NCBI GenBank assembly: GCA_907165135.1
Contig: OU015569.1
Coordinates: 3,162,001 to 3,226,000 of the forward strand
From: Oikopleura dioica
Lineage: Eukaryota > Animalia > Chordata
Direction: 5' to 3'
DNA length: 64,000 bases
Shown here piece after piece: positions 38,278-50,263 of the stretch; positions within the stretch are counted from its first letter, which is position 1; each line of letters starts with the position of its first letter. The notes below the pieces were generated by a model, which was given only the letters and a program-made list of their open reading frames with translations, did not search any database and was not told where the DNA came from. Position numbers and translations under genes: made by a program.

Positions 38278-39770
38278 ATGAAGAAGGATTTGCGCCCTGA
38301 CTCCGCTAAGATCAAGACCGACTCGGCGAGTAACAACTACGTCGGCTTCGCCAACTTGCCGAACCAGCTTTATCGTAAAGCTGTCAAAGATGGCTTCGAG
38401 TTCACGCTGATGGTCGTTGGCGAATCTGGACTCGGGAAGTCGACTTTGACAAATTCGCTCTTTCTCACGGACATTTACGGCGCCGAGTACCCTGGTCCAT
38501 CGCAGCGAATCAAGAAGACCTCAAAGGTAAGACTTCAGTAATAAGAGTTTGCCGATTTCAATTTCAATTTCAGGTGGAGCAAACACGAATCACCGTCAAA
38601 GAAAGTGGAGTACAACTCAACTTGAGCGTGGTAGACACTCCCGGCTTCGGCGACGAAGTCAACAACGACAAATGCTGGGATCCGATCATTGAGTTCATCG
38701 AGTCCCAGTTCGAGCTTTATCTGAACGCGGAAAGTCGAGTTGAGCGGCCGTGCAAGATCCAGGACACACGAGTCCACTGCTGTCTCTACTTCATTGCGCC
38801 CAGCGGCCACGGGTTGAAACCCCTCGACATTGAATTTATGCGACGCCTTCATGACAAGGTTCCCTTTTATTTTTTATACCAGAGACTCACCGCCCACTTG
38901 AAGGTTAACATCATCCCTCTTATCGCCAAGGCAGACACTTTGACTCCTGACGAGTGCCACGAGTTCAAACGCGAAATCCTCCGTGAAATAGAGCTGCACA
39001 AGATCAACATCTACAAGTTCCCAGACGGAGCAGACGACGAAGAAGCCCGAGCGAACAAGAGAATCCGTGAACGGATCCCATTCGCCATCATTGGCTCTAA
39101 TCACGTTCTCGTAAGAGCTTTTATCTTGTCCATGATCGTGAAAACTGAGCTTTTCTTTTAGCAACTGAATGACAGACGCGTGCGAGCGAGACAGTATCCC
39201 TGGGGCATTTGTGAGATCGAGAACGAAGAGCACTGCGACTTCAAGGTCCTTCGTGATATGCTCATTCGAACACACATGCAGGTAGCGTACTCCTCCATGA
39301 TTCCAACTTCTTAAAAAATTAGGATCTTGTCGACCTAACGGCGATGGTGCATTACGAGAACTTCCGCGCCACGAAGCTCTCTCAACTGATGTCCGGTAAC
39401 GCAAAGAGCACTACCTCGCCCCTGCACCAGCTGGACGTGGAACGGCGAGAACACAAGAACAAAATGAAGCGAATGGAAGCCGAGATGGAGCAAGTTTTCG
39501 AACTCAAGGTCAAGGAAAAAATCAGCCGACTCAACGACTCTGAAATAGGTAAATCTAGTGCATGGATAACGATGCTTTAAGTGAATTTCAGAGCTTCAAC
39601 GGCGCCACGAGCAACAGAAAAAGAAGCTGGAAGCGGAATTCGCCGAGATCGACTTGAGGCGGCGCGATTTCGAAAAAGAAAAAGCTGAGTTCGAGTACGT
39701 CTACCGCGAATTCCAGGACAAGATCCAGACGAGCGACAAAAAGAAAAAGAAAAACGCCTCGCTCTTCTAA
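38278..39770 (+). CDS. SEPT7: Septin, SEPT7-like
   Basis: [55 protein letters not shown], long C-terminal coiled coil ending KKKKNASLF. Confidence 0.85.
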
Positions 39771-40802
39771 AACAGCAGCATCAAAATTGAAGTTACCACA
39801 CAAGTTCCGCTCAACTCTTACTCGCTCAATATCTAAATATCTCCGAACTAAAACTGCCGCTTACTCCAAACACATAAATAATTCGAGTTCAAACGCGGCC
39901 CTTTCCCCCTCCCTAAATGTGAAAATTAAGCTTGATGGTTCTGAAAGCGTCCAAAACCTATCCCAACAAACACAATTTGAGATTAAAACCTATGAAAGCG
40001 AAATTTTGATTTTCTGTAGCTTACTACCCTTACTGCCTTTTTAAAAATGATGATTCTCCGCAAGTTCCGTGTCCTTTTTAAATGTGTGACTATTGTAGGA
40101 AGCGTCTGACTACCTCATTATTATTTTATTTAATATTCGACTCGTTAGGAATGGTGTAAAAATTAACACTGGTGGAAATAAACTCGTCGCACACATGTTC
40201 GATCAACTACTTTTTTTCTTATCAGTCATTAGGGATTATTGACTGATCTATTGCTTTATTTTTTCCAGGTAAATGCAGGAACTGCAACATTCGCAGGTAT
40301 TCTCACTCGCTAAAAGATGGATGTCGTCGATACTTTTCACGACAAACTTCATCTAACTCTGACTCCAAGAATAATATTTAGTGATTTTTAAGTCCTTTCG
40401 GAGTTTGTTGAAAATTGACAGTGATTTGCGGGAGTGAAAGATCAGACTCAGAGAACTATAGTAGAGAACAATAGTAGACATCCTTTTTAAAACCGAAAAT
40501 GTGCACGGAGGTAATCCTTCAGGATCCGCGAAGACAACGCATTGCTGGCGGTTTAGTTACGTTTACTCAACCATCTTTATCAGTGGTGAACAATGACACG
40601 CAAGAGGTTTTGTCATGACGAGTCACACCTGAAGCAGGAGCTTTCGATTTTACTTGTGACAACAGTCTGTCGCAGCAAGGTAACGAACCGTTATAATCAC
40701 CGCTAAATTGGAATATTTTACGATTCACCTAAAAATTTAAAGATTGAGATTTTGTATCTAAATTATCCGTTTTATTAGGCTCGTTAATGTAGACATGAAA
40801 TT

Positions 40803-43800
40803 TTAAGAGTCGAAGGACTGCCAGGACGGTTTCCGCTGGAGCAATCGCGGTTGAACTTCGTAATCGATCGACACATTCCCGTGCAGAGCATCAAAAATGG
40901 CAGTATCTTCTGGATTCTTTCGTACTCTAGATTTCGATGCCTTCGCAAGAAGCGTTATTTTTAGCTTGTTGCCTCCGTATTGAATTGTTTGGACGAGCTC
41001 GTCCATGTCCATAAAGTCGAGGGAAGATTCGTCCAGTTCGATGAGTCTGTCTCCGACGCTAACTCCCGCTTTTTATGGCTTCAGATTGTCGTTCTATCAC
41101 TATATTGATGCTTGATCAAATAAATATTGAAGCCGTTCCTTGATCAGCTGCACCGTTCGGTTGAACATACTCAACATAAAATCCTTTCGCATCTTTTGTC
41201 ACTTTGAATCCAAATGAGCCATTGTCTCCTCTTGTAAGAGTCACTGTCAGAGGTTGCGTCGCCGACGAGAACTCGTCGTTATTTGCAATTGAGAGTACTT
41301 GGAGCGTCACTTCTTCTGTGCATTTGCTTCGGACGTAATCGACCAGCTCTTCATGCGACCATTTGGAAGGGTTTTTGGCGTTTATTGAGCCCAGACGATC
41401 GCCGATCTTGAGCCCAGCGCGATCAGCTGGAGAGCCGATCGTGACATCTTCAAAGAAGTGTCCGTCCGCGTCGAACCAAAGATGGAATCCGAAACTCTGC
41501 TGGGCTCTCCTTGCAATTCGGATCGTCTTTGTCTGGAGCTGGTCAATAACCTCTTTGAACTCAAGAGTGAGAGTAATTTCTCCATTGGTGGTGCTCTCTA
41601 CGTACTGCACAACTTCTTCGACGCTCCAGGCGGTCACATCTGTCCCGTCGACCTTGAGAACCTTGTCTCCATCGCGCACGCCGAAGTATTCGGCTGCACC
41701 TCCTCGTTTCAGCCAGTGAATAATGTGCGACGAGTCAGACTCTTCGAAGCCGCTCGAACGAGCGAGCTTAAAACCAAAATCTTCATCCTCGAATTTGAAA
41801 ATGGTTATGTCAGTTCTCACGGTAACGCTTGTCTCAGTGACGTCTGAGTTTGAAACGAAATTGCCGCGCTGACGATTTCTTCGCCGACCGACTTTGGAAC
41901 TTTTGGACAACTCGGCGAGAATGGACGTAATTGGGATCTTTTCACGTTTGTAACGGTGGAAGGATTTGGTGTCGATCGACAAAGTGAGCAAAACGTTGTT
42001 AGAGGACTAAAAGATTGAAGTGAACATTAAAGATCTTTGAATGTAAATTACTTTTATTCGAACAGCGACATCTTCGGGAGAATCGTGCTCGATATTGATG
42101 TGGTTGAGCTCGATGATTCTATCTCCGACTCTCAGGCCCGACGATTCCGCGATGGATCCTAATTTCGCAGCTTATAAATTTCAACTCTCGGGTTATGAGT
42201 TATATGCTCGTTCTCGAAGTGTGAATATCCCACGGTGACTAACTTAACAAAAGTGGTTAAATTAAAGCTGTTCCTGAGTTCACTGTCGCGAAGTAATGTC
42301 CGTGCAGATCCGTTCCGACGGTGAAACCGAAAGACTCGTCTTTTTCTCGCTGAAGCCTGCAAAGCAGCGGTTTACCGGCAATGTTATTTTGATCGCTTTT
42401 CTGGTCCAACACAAGAATTTTGACATGATTTCCAGAGTTCTTAATTAGCTCCGCTACTGCCTCGTGGCCCATGGAATCGCATTTGATTCCGTTAATTTCA
42501 AGAACCCGATCGCCATCCTTCAATCCAGCTCTGCGAGCAGGACTATCTGCCTCGATTCGCTTTACTATCTGGGCTTCGCGATCCCGATCAATCGCTAGGA
42601 AGAAGCCAAAGCCTTCGCTGTCTAATTTCACCAAGTCGCACAGCCGCGGAACTCCGACATCCGCACTTTCATGCAACTTTGAAAAGCCTGAGATGGATTC
42701 TCCCTCTTCCGTCCCGACGAAATCATCTTTGTGCTCGTCCTTTGTAAAGAAGATGGGCTGTTCCGGAACTGGTCGTTCATCATTCTTAAGCTCGTCCATT
42801 CCGCTTGTCTTGAACTGCACAATATTTCTGTAATGCGTATCCGACTTTCCTCCAGCAACAAGCAAAGATACCTCCGAAGGCGCATTGCGTAGTTTTTGCA
42901 GAACTGCATCATGGTTAGCATTTTCCACGCTCATCCCGTTTAGTTGAATAATTCTGTCTCCAATTTTCAGGCCTGCCCGTTCGGCAGGACCTCCCGCATC
43001 GACTTCCTCAACGTAATGTCCGTCGCGATCTTGATCGTAGTAGATGCAAAATCCAAGCTGGCCATCTTCTTTATAGATTTTTGTAAGTCTTGGAAGGGCT
43101 CTTTTATACTGCATATCATACTCCTGCGCCACGACAATCAAGTGGCAAATGTTCTCGCCAGAGAGGATCAACTTTGTGATAGTAGTGTGAGATTCATACT
43201 CGCAGTTGATGCCGTTGATTTCGACGACACGGTCACCGAGTCTCAAGCCGCCTCTATCGGCCACGCCACCGACATCGACCCACTTGACAATTTGCCCTAC
43301 TCGCTCGTTATCAATAACAACGTAAAGTCCAAAATCTTCAGATGGTAGTTTCACCAGGCGACAGTAGCGAGGCTTAGCCACTCGAGATGATTTGGATTTC
43401 ATGTTTTTCGCCAAACTTCGCGTGACTTGGACTCCCTTCCGCCTGAAAAATGAGTCGCACTCGGGAGAGAGCACCAGAAGCTCGACTGTTTGTCTTGATG
43501 CACTTCCAACATCAAGTTTGGACACGCGCTTGCCGTCGATCTCAATCAAGCGATCGCTGTTTTGAAGTCCCGCTTTATACGCAGGTGATCCTTTTACAAC
43601 TTCCTCGACGTACTGCCCCGTTCCGTTTTGCAGCGACAAGACGCGGAAGCCAAATCCAAAATGTTCGTTCTTTGTGATTTTTATTATCCGCGGATGGTGT
43701 TGCAAGTCCAAAGTCACTCCAGCGATATTCTCTCTGTTTAGATCAATATTTTTGCTCGAGTAAGTTTCGTCAACTTCTTCGCTGATAAGGAGCAAAGTGA

Positions 43801-44848
43801 GGACCTTTCCAGCTGCTTCGAGTTTAAAACGAGCATCAGGTAAATTGTTCTGATTCAACTGCACGCCGTCGATTTCGATGATTCTACTTTGCTCCTTGAT
43901 CCCGGCTTCTTCAGCAGGGGATCCTGTTTTGACTTTTTTAATGACAATTCCATCTCTGTAGTTGTCCACTTCCAGTCGGAGACCAAAGTCGACTTTTTGA
44001 CTTGAGCGGTTGATTTGAAATAGTTCCGGCAAAAGATCATATCCGCTCTTTTTCGCAAACGCCTTGAATGAATGGATGGCCGCTTTTTGCTCGGCTCCGA
44101 CAAGAGCTGTTTTGTCTTCTTCATCTTCAAATCCATGGCTCAGGCGGATGTGGTAAACGGCGACAAACAGGAACTTGACGATGAATGAAATAAGGAGGGT
44201 GACGGTAAGCGCAATGGAGTAGATGAACCATTCTGTAAGAAAAACGCTGACTTGGGGAACGCAATCTTCTGTGAAGTATTCAATTCGTTGGATAAACTCA
44301 TCACCACCGTCATTATTTGAAGTGCACGCCATTTGCAATAATTCCTTGTCGTTATCCGTAACATTTAGTCCCATTTGTGTCCAATCTTCCGTATTGAAAC
44401 AACACTCATTAGCGAGTTCTACTTTTTGCAAGTTGATAATCGTTTCCGAATCTTTTTTGTAGTCGAAAATGTCGCTGATTTCGAAGGAATAAGAAAGCCT
44501 GATGAACAAGGCATGCAAGATCGACGCAATTATGAAGATGAGAGCTGACAAAAAACCGATGTAGATTGAAAGAAGTTTTTCTTTCTTGAGGTTGATAACA
44601 AACATGCCGCCAAAGGAAATGCAAAGAGAGCAGATTCCAAGGATTTTCATCATCGATGCATAAAAATTCGAATTCTCCAACATCGACAAGATCACCAATT
44701 TCGCCCTGCCAAGACTGCTATCACTCGCCAACATTCCTGAAACGATGGCAATACCGCCCAGTAACCAGTTGAAAATATGCAGCATTGTCAAGGAGGTTCT
44801 CGTAAACTTCCATCTCTCGAATTTGAGCAGCAAAAAAGAAATATTCAT
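40803..44848 (-). CDS. Tetraspanin-like 4-TM domain fused to 9 NHERF/PDZK1-type PDZ domains
   Basis: Four hydrophobic segments with a CC..C..C loop, followed in the same ORF by repeated PR...[FL]G[FL]...GSPA..AGL..GDR[IV]..[IV]NG units; introns at 42273-42159, about 42051-42007 and 41138-41069. Confidence 0.8.
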
Positions 44849-45345
44849 TCTCAGATTTCCAATGCAGCGAAGGAAAGAAAGCACCAGGCGCGCTTGAAAT
44901 TGTTTTGGTGCTACCGCCTGTGGGCAATTTGGACGAAGATTTTTGGTGGAGCAAAGTTTCGGTCATTTTCCAGCATGGTTTCATAAGAATAGTTTCATAG
45001 ACCAAGTTGGCTTGGACAGAAAGTTCGGAAATGGGCAGACTTATCATGTCCATAGGAAGACAGATGGGAGGGAACGATTGTCGGCTGAACACACAGCGCT
45101 GACATTTGGCGCGTATTTGAATATTCTCTATCTGGTGTGAGGGGCACTTGACATTTGTCACCAGCTTATATAGGTTTTTCCTCAGTTATCAAGATTTTGA
45201 TGAGAAATAAGGGAAATTTAATAAGGGTATCATGATCGAGATGTACTCTTTGTAATTTCTAGAGCTTTTTTTATAGGGTCCTCCCTAAAGACAAATACGA
45301 ATCAACAATCATTCAATTTAATGATTATGATTATTTTTCAATTGG

Positions 45346-46383
45346 CATGGGCTCGAAGATAAACAAACTGAGCAAAACATACAAACGTATTATCTTAGTA
45401 CGCCTTTGACATTCGTTGATCCAAGTTGCTTCACATCAAATGGCTTAATAGCCCCGGTTTACAAGGGCTTCCCCATAAACTAAACAGTGCCCACGTGGCG
45501 CCCTCTGCTCCCCCTTTCAAGGGTTCTCGACGGGAAAGAGGAAAACTTCTCAGGTGTCGATGTGAACAAAACTAGGGCGAGAGCAATACTACAGACCTGC
45601 AAATCCGACTGTGAATTTTCGTCCCACGTGCGAGGAAGATCAGAAGACTGAAAAATAATAGAGATTTCTGAGAAGAAGGAGAAGATGTGGATAGAATGCC
45701 TATTCATCACAACAGGAGTCTTGGGCAAATTCTTCGGATCAGGTAAAATCTTACTTGAGGGATAGTCTTCGGAAAATATAATCAGGTGACCAACTACGCG
45801 ACTACGAGTCTGATGATGAAGATCTCGCAAAACTCAGGGAGGAACAAGTTTTTGCGTTATTCTACGAAGGAATGGATTTATTTCCCTTTATTTTTGTTTA
45901 TAAAATACGAAGAAGATTCTATTCTATCTTGATACACCTAGTCTCATAATGAAAACCATGGCAAGGGGAAGAAAAGGACGTCTCATCGCCGAACCCACTG
46001 AATAGCGCGCCTGCATTATCCACGACCACAAAACCTTCGATATTGTCGCAGGTAAAAAACAATTATCAAAGTGTCCATTGTGTCCATGACGCGTCGTCGA
46101 TCAAGAAAACGGAAAATGAATTTTTAGCCATTTCCCGGAAAGGAGCGAATTGCTCAGCCAGAACAGATGGATGATCTTTTGAAAAAGGGACGGGCGCTCT
46201 AAATTTAGAATAATAACTAAACGCTTCGTTATTTTTTCCCTTCGAGAGTCACCCTTTTTAAAGAGCTATTTATTGGCGGCGATTGTGGCGGGCATCATTG
46301 CTGGAGTTATTCTTTCCGTAGTCATCATTTCCCTAACAGGTTCTGAGCTCGTAAAAATGCAGGTGAATGAGCGGTATATTTAA
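45346..46383 (+). CDS. Possible small orphan gene with a C-terminal TM helix; exon structure unresolved
   Basis: Coding-like exons (DQLRDYESDDEDLAKLREEQ; PFPGKERIAQPEQMDDLLKK|SYLLAAIVAGIIAGVILSVVIISL) with GA/GG donors; not all joins are in frame. Confidence 0.35.
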
Positions 46384-46780
46384 GTTCACCGAGTGTACAA
46401 AAGCAATCAGGGAAGCTACGTCGTGCCGCTGCTGAAACCGTCGATAGCGGAGAGTGAATGAACGAACGAAACCACTTTTTGTGTTTGTACCATAAATTTG
46501 TATACACGAGTCTTTCTCACTTTGATCAATGCGACAGTGAGAGCCACTTCTACTTCCTGCGCCTGACGATCAAAAGAATAAAAGTCCTCTCCTCGATCGT
46601 TTCGTTGAATTTGGTGATCATTTGCGAAAAATATTATAAACGAAAGGCCAAAAAATGAAGCGGATTTAGATGAGATTAGTTATTTCCGAGTAATATCGCA
46701 CAGATGTGTCAAGGTCGAAAGAAAGATCGGCTTTGGCCGATTCTCAGACAATAGGCTTTCAGGAAACATAAGCATTTGAT

Positions 46781-49700
46781 TTAAAGAAATAGAAGCAATA
46801 AAAGGTAAAGAATAGAGCCGAGAGCAGCAATCGGAGATGAACTTGGTTCTTTAAAAGCCCATCCCAAGTCGCCTTCGAAATTCATTGTTGATCGCAAGGC
46901 AATGCGTTTTACACGCTCTGTTTCCCCGAGAAACTCCATTCCAGTCAATCTTTCAATCTCGAGCAGCCTATCCAATGCATAATATATATCAATAAGAATC
47001 TTGAAGTTTACCTGACTGAGTGCATTTCTAGTTTTTCTTGCCACCACTCGACGAATGGTATGTAGTAAACTAATCTGCAGTTGAAATTGCCCCAATAAAG
47101 CGGCCGTGTTTCTTCTTGATTGATGACCATGCACGGAGAATATTCACTGATATTGTTTCATCTTATTGATTCCGGAAATACAATTTGACATAAAATATAA
47201 GAAATTGTTCAAACTATCCTTGCGAAAGAGTCAGAAGTATTGTGCCTCCAAGGATACAGGGCAGGATAAAGTGAGCCCTCTTGATCTTCGAGGATAAAGT
47301 ACATGTGTGATGGTTGAAAAACACCCTGTCTATTTACCGGATCACCAAGAGGCTAAGATTTTCTGTAAGTTAAAGGGCTTTACAATGAAATATCCGGCTC
47401 CTATTGCACCATTTGTTCGTCTGCCTGTTCATCCATTCAGAAGGAGGAACATAAACACCAGTTCCTGTTGTATCGAATGCAGTTCCGAATCGAAGCGATT
47501 TAACGTCGTTGGAAAATACTCTTGGCAGCATGTCATCCTTTAGTGTGTGCCACCAGTAAGGTTCATCGAAGAACTCGAGTCGCGAGTTGTCTTCGAATCC
47601 GAGCCGTAATTTGTTCATACACTCGTCAAGTGAAGAACAACTGGAGTATGTGGGGAAGTTGTGATGCTCATCAAAAGCTATGTCGATCGATTCATCAACT
47701 TTTACTCCGTCGGGAAATTTAGTTTCTCCAATAAATGATTTTGATTTAGCGGGATTCGTGGGTCTTTTTAAAGCTGGCTCAAATCGTCCGTCAAGGGAAA
47801 ACTGCTGTGAATAGAATTTTTCCATCAACTTTGGAGAATCAGTTCTTATGCCAACAAGATCCATGAGAAGTCGGAAGACTTCTACGTTTTGAATTGGTGG
47901 AAGAACGACATTTCTTTTGATTTTAGGGCCGTACATTGTCAATGGGACTTTCATGCCTTCATATTTTGAATCCCAGCCGTGGTTGCCCATGTATCCTTCG
48001 TCGTTACAATTGTTCCAGGGATACGAAGTTACTTTCGTTGCAGGTTTCATGTAATAAAGCAAGAGCTCAATAGACGGAGTCGGGTTGTCATAATGCAAGC
48101 GTTTCGGTGCCAAGTATTTGTCATAAATTTTAAAACCGTTCTCATTCCATGTGCACTTGACGCCATTTATAATCTCGACAACATCAAAAGGATCTGATGA
48201 ATTTGAGCCCATAAGACCACCCTGCTGTGCTGTAGTTGTTTTCGTTAGAAGATTTGTAGTCCTCATAATATTCGGGTTGACTTCATCTAAAAGGGGAGCT
48301 ACAGCAACCATGTCCTCGCATAAAGCCTGCTCCATTCCGTGATCGGTAGTCAATACTATGTTCACGCATTTGTCTAAGTTGTACATTTTCAATCCATCCA
48401 TGAGCTGCTGTAGTTGTATGTCAACTCTTTTTAGTGCTTTATCGAGCTCTCCGGACTCGTCGTATGGACCAAAAGCATGTCCAATATGATCTGGCTCGTC
48501 AAAGTACAATGTGAGAAATTTCGGCCGGAAACCTTCCTTTGGTCCTGACCCAGGATAGGGAGGGAGATTAAGCCATTCTAGCATCTGATAGATTCTGTAT
48601 CCAAAAGGCTCTTCTCCGTATGTTCCATAGTCCCAAAAGTAAGTTGGATTCTCGCCATTTATCGAGAGATCATTACCAGCCCAGAGACAAGACGCTGAAA
48701 TCATGTCGTGTCGCTCAACAGTATTCCAGAATGGATCTCCTGACCACCACCCTTCATCAGGAGAGGAAACATTGCAAGAGTAGTCGCCAGTGTTAGGCGA
48801 GAAGACGTTGCAGCTTGCATCTTTTTTCCAGTCGTACCATTTGTTTCCAACAATTCCGTGTTGGCTTGGATAGAGTCCAGTCATAAGTGTGTGGTGATTC
48901 GGGAAGGTTTTGCTCGGATACGAAGGCTCCATAAACTCAGGATAGGAACCACACTCTCGCAATTTCATGTAAGTTGGTAAAAATTCTTTCCGTTCCAGGT
49001 ATGATTTTCTAAAGCCATCAGTCGAAATTAGAAGCGTGGTGCCTTCGTAAGTTTGATCAGGGCATTCAAACTCCTCTTCCACAATGCACTCTGATTCTGG
49101 AAATGTTGTCTGTCCTTTGCACGAAGTCAAATAGTCGGTGCAGCAGTCCTTTCGCTCTAGGCACTTGTCATCGCACCAGCACTGGGTTGACTCGACCGTG
49201 TTTGTGTTTGAGTTGTTTGGCGCCTCACCACATCGATCCCACTCTGGGAGTGAGGGAAATCCAGCTCCCCACTAAATTTATTCTGATATGGCCTGCTTGA
49301 TTTAAAAATAAGTACTTTGCTATCTTTGTTTTTGCATAAAAAGATTGAAGCGTCGTTAGCGTACGCAGATCGTTTGCTTCGGGTCGTTGAGCGTTTTTTC
49401 TGAAATCACAATTTATCAATATAATTGTTAAGTAAGTACTCACTCTGAGATGGGTTATGAGATTTTCGAAGCTATCCGTCGCCTGGAACATATAGTTTTT
49501 GTCAAATCTTACGTCGTCAAGCTTTTTAAGAATGTCCGACAAAGAACTTTTCTCTTCTATGTCTTCAGCAACATTTAAATCAACCCCAAATGATTGCCCA
49601 TTATCAAGCTGGAACAAATATCTGATGGATGACACTCTACCATGTCTGTAGAAAGGGATGAAGGTAAATTTCGATTCAGGATATCGTTCAGCAAGATTTG

Positions 49701-50263
49701 GAAGAAGTTTGAATAGAAACTCCGCGTGTGCATTTGTGTTTGATGGAAAGAAGTTGTTAGATGATCTGGCAAGGGTAGTCCTCAACTTAGAGGACGCCAT
49801 CTCAGCGAGAAACAGAGGCTAAACAAATATGTATTTACAAATGATGCAAAAAGTCTTCTGAGCGATAAGATTATTTCACCTGAATCCCCGTGTTTTTCGA
49901 ACTGGAGCGAGGATCGACAACCTTAGATCTCAAAACGCGATCATAAGAATTCCATCTGATCCCTTTGCCCGTCACCATGTACGGTTGATTCTGCTTCTTG
50001 TTATAGATGCAAATGTAGTCCTCGTTATGAAGAATCCAGTAGTCTTTGTAATACCTCGAGACCTCCAGAGGCACTTGAAACTCATGCTTGATTTCCAGTT
50101 CCTTTATTTTCTCGAGATCCAAAGCGAAGTGCGAGTCGAATAGGGTTTCAGCCTCTGGCAACCATATTGTATCAGGTCGTTTCCCTACGAGCTTTGTTAA
50201 GCGAGCCTGTAGTTGATTCCTACCTGCTACAATGGCAGCCAGGAAAAATGCAGGAAACTGCAT
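46781..50263 (-). CDS. ENPP: Ectonucleotide pyrophosphatase/phosphodiesterase (signal peptide, NUC-like, SMB, PDE, NUC, hydrophobic tail)
   Basis: SMB motif CWCDDKCLERKDCCTDY; catalytic motifs ISTDGFR, PSKTFPNH, DEPDHIGH, TDHGM, GNHGW; NUC end MHSVRLLEIERLTGMEF; hydrophobic C-terminus. Confidence 0.9.
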
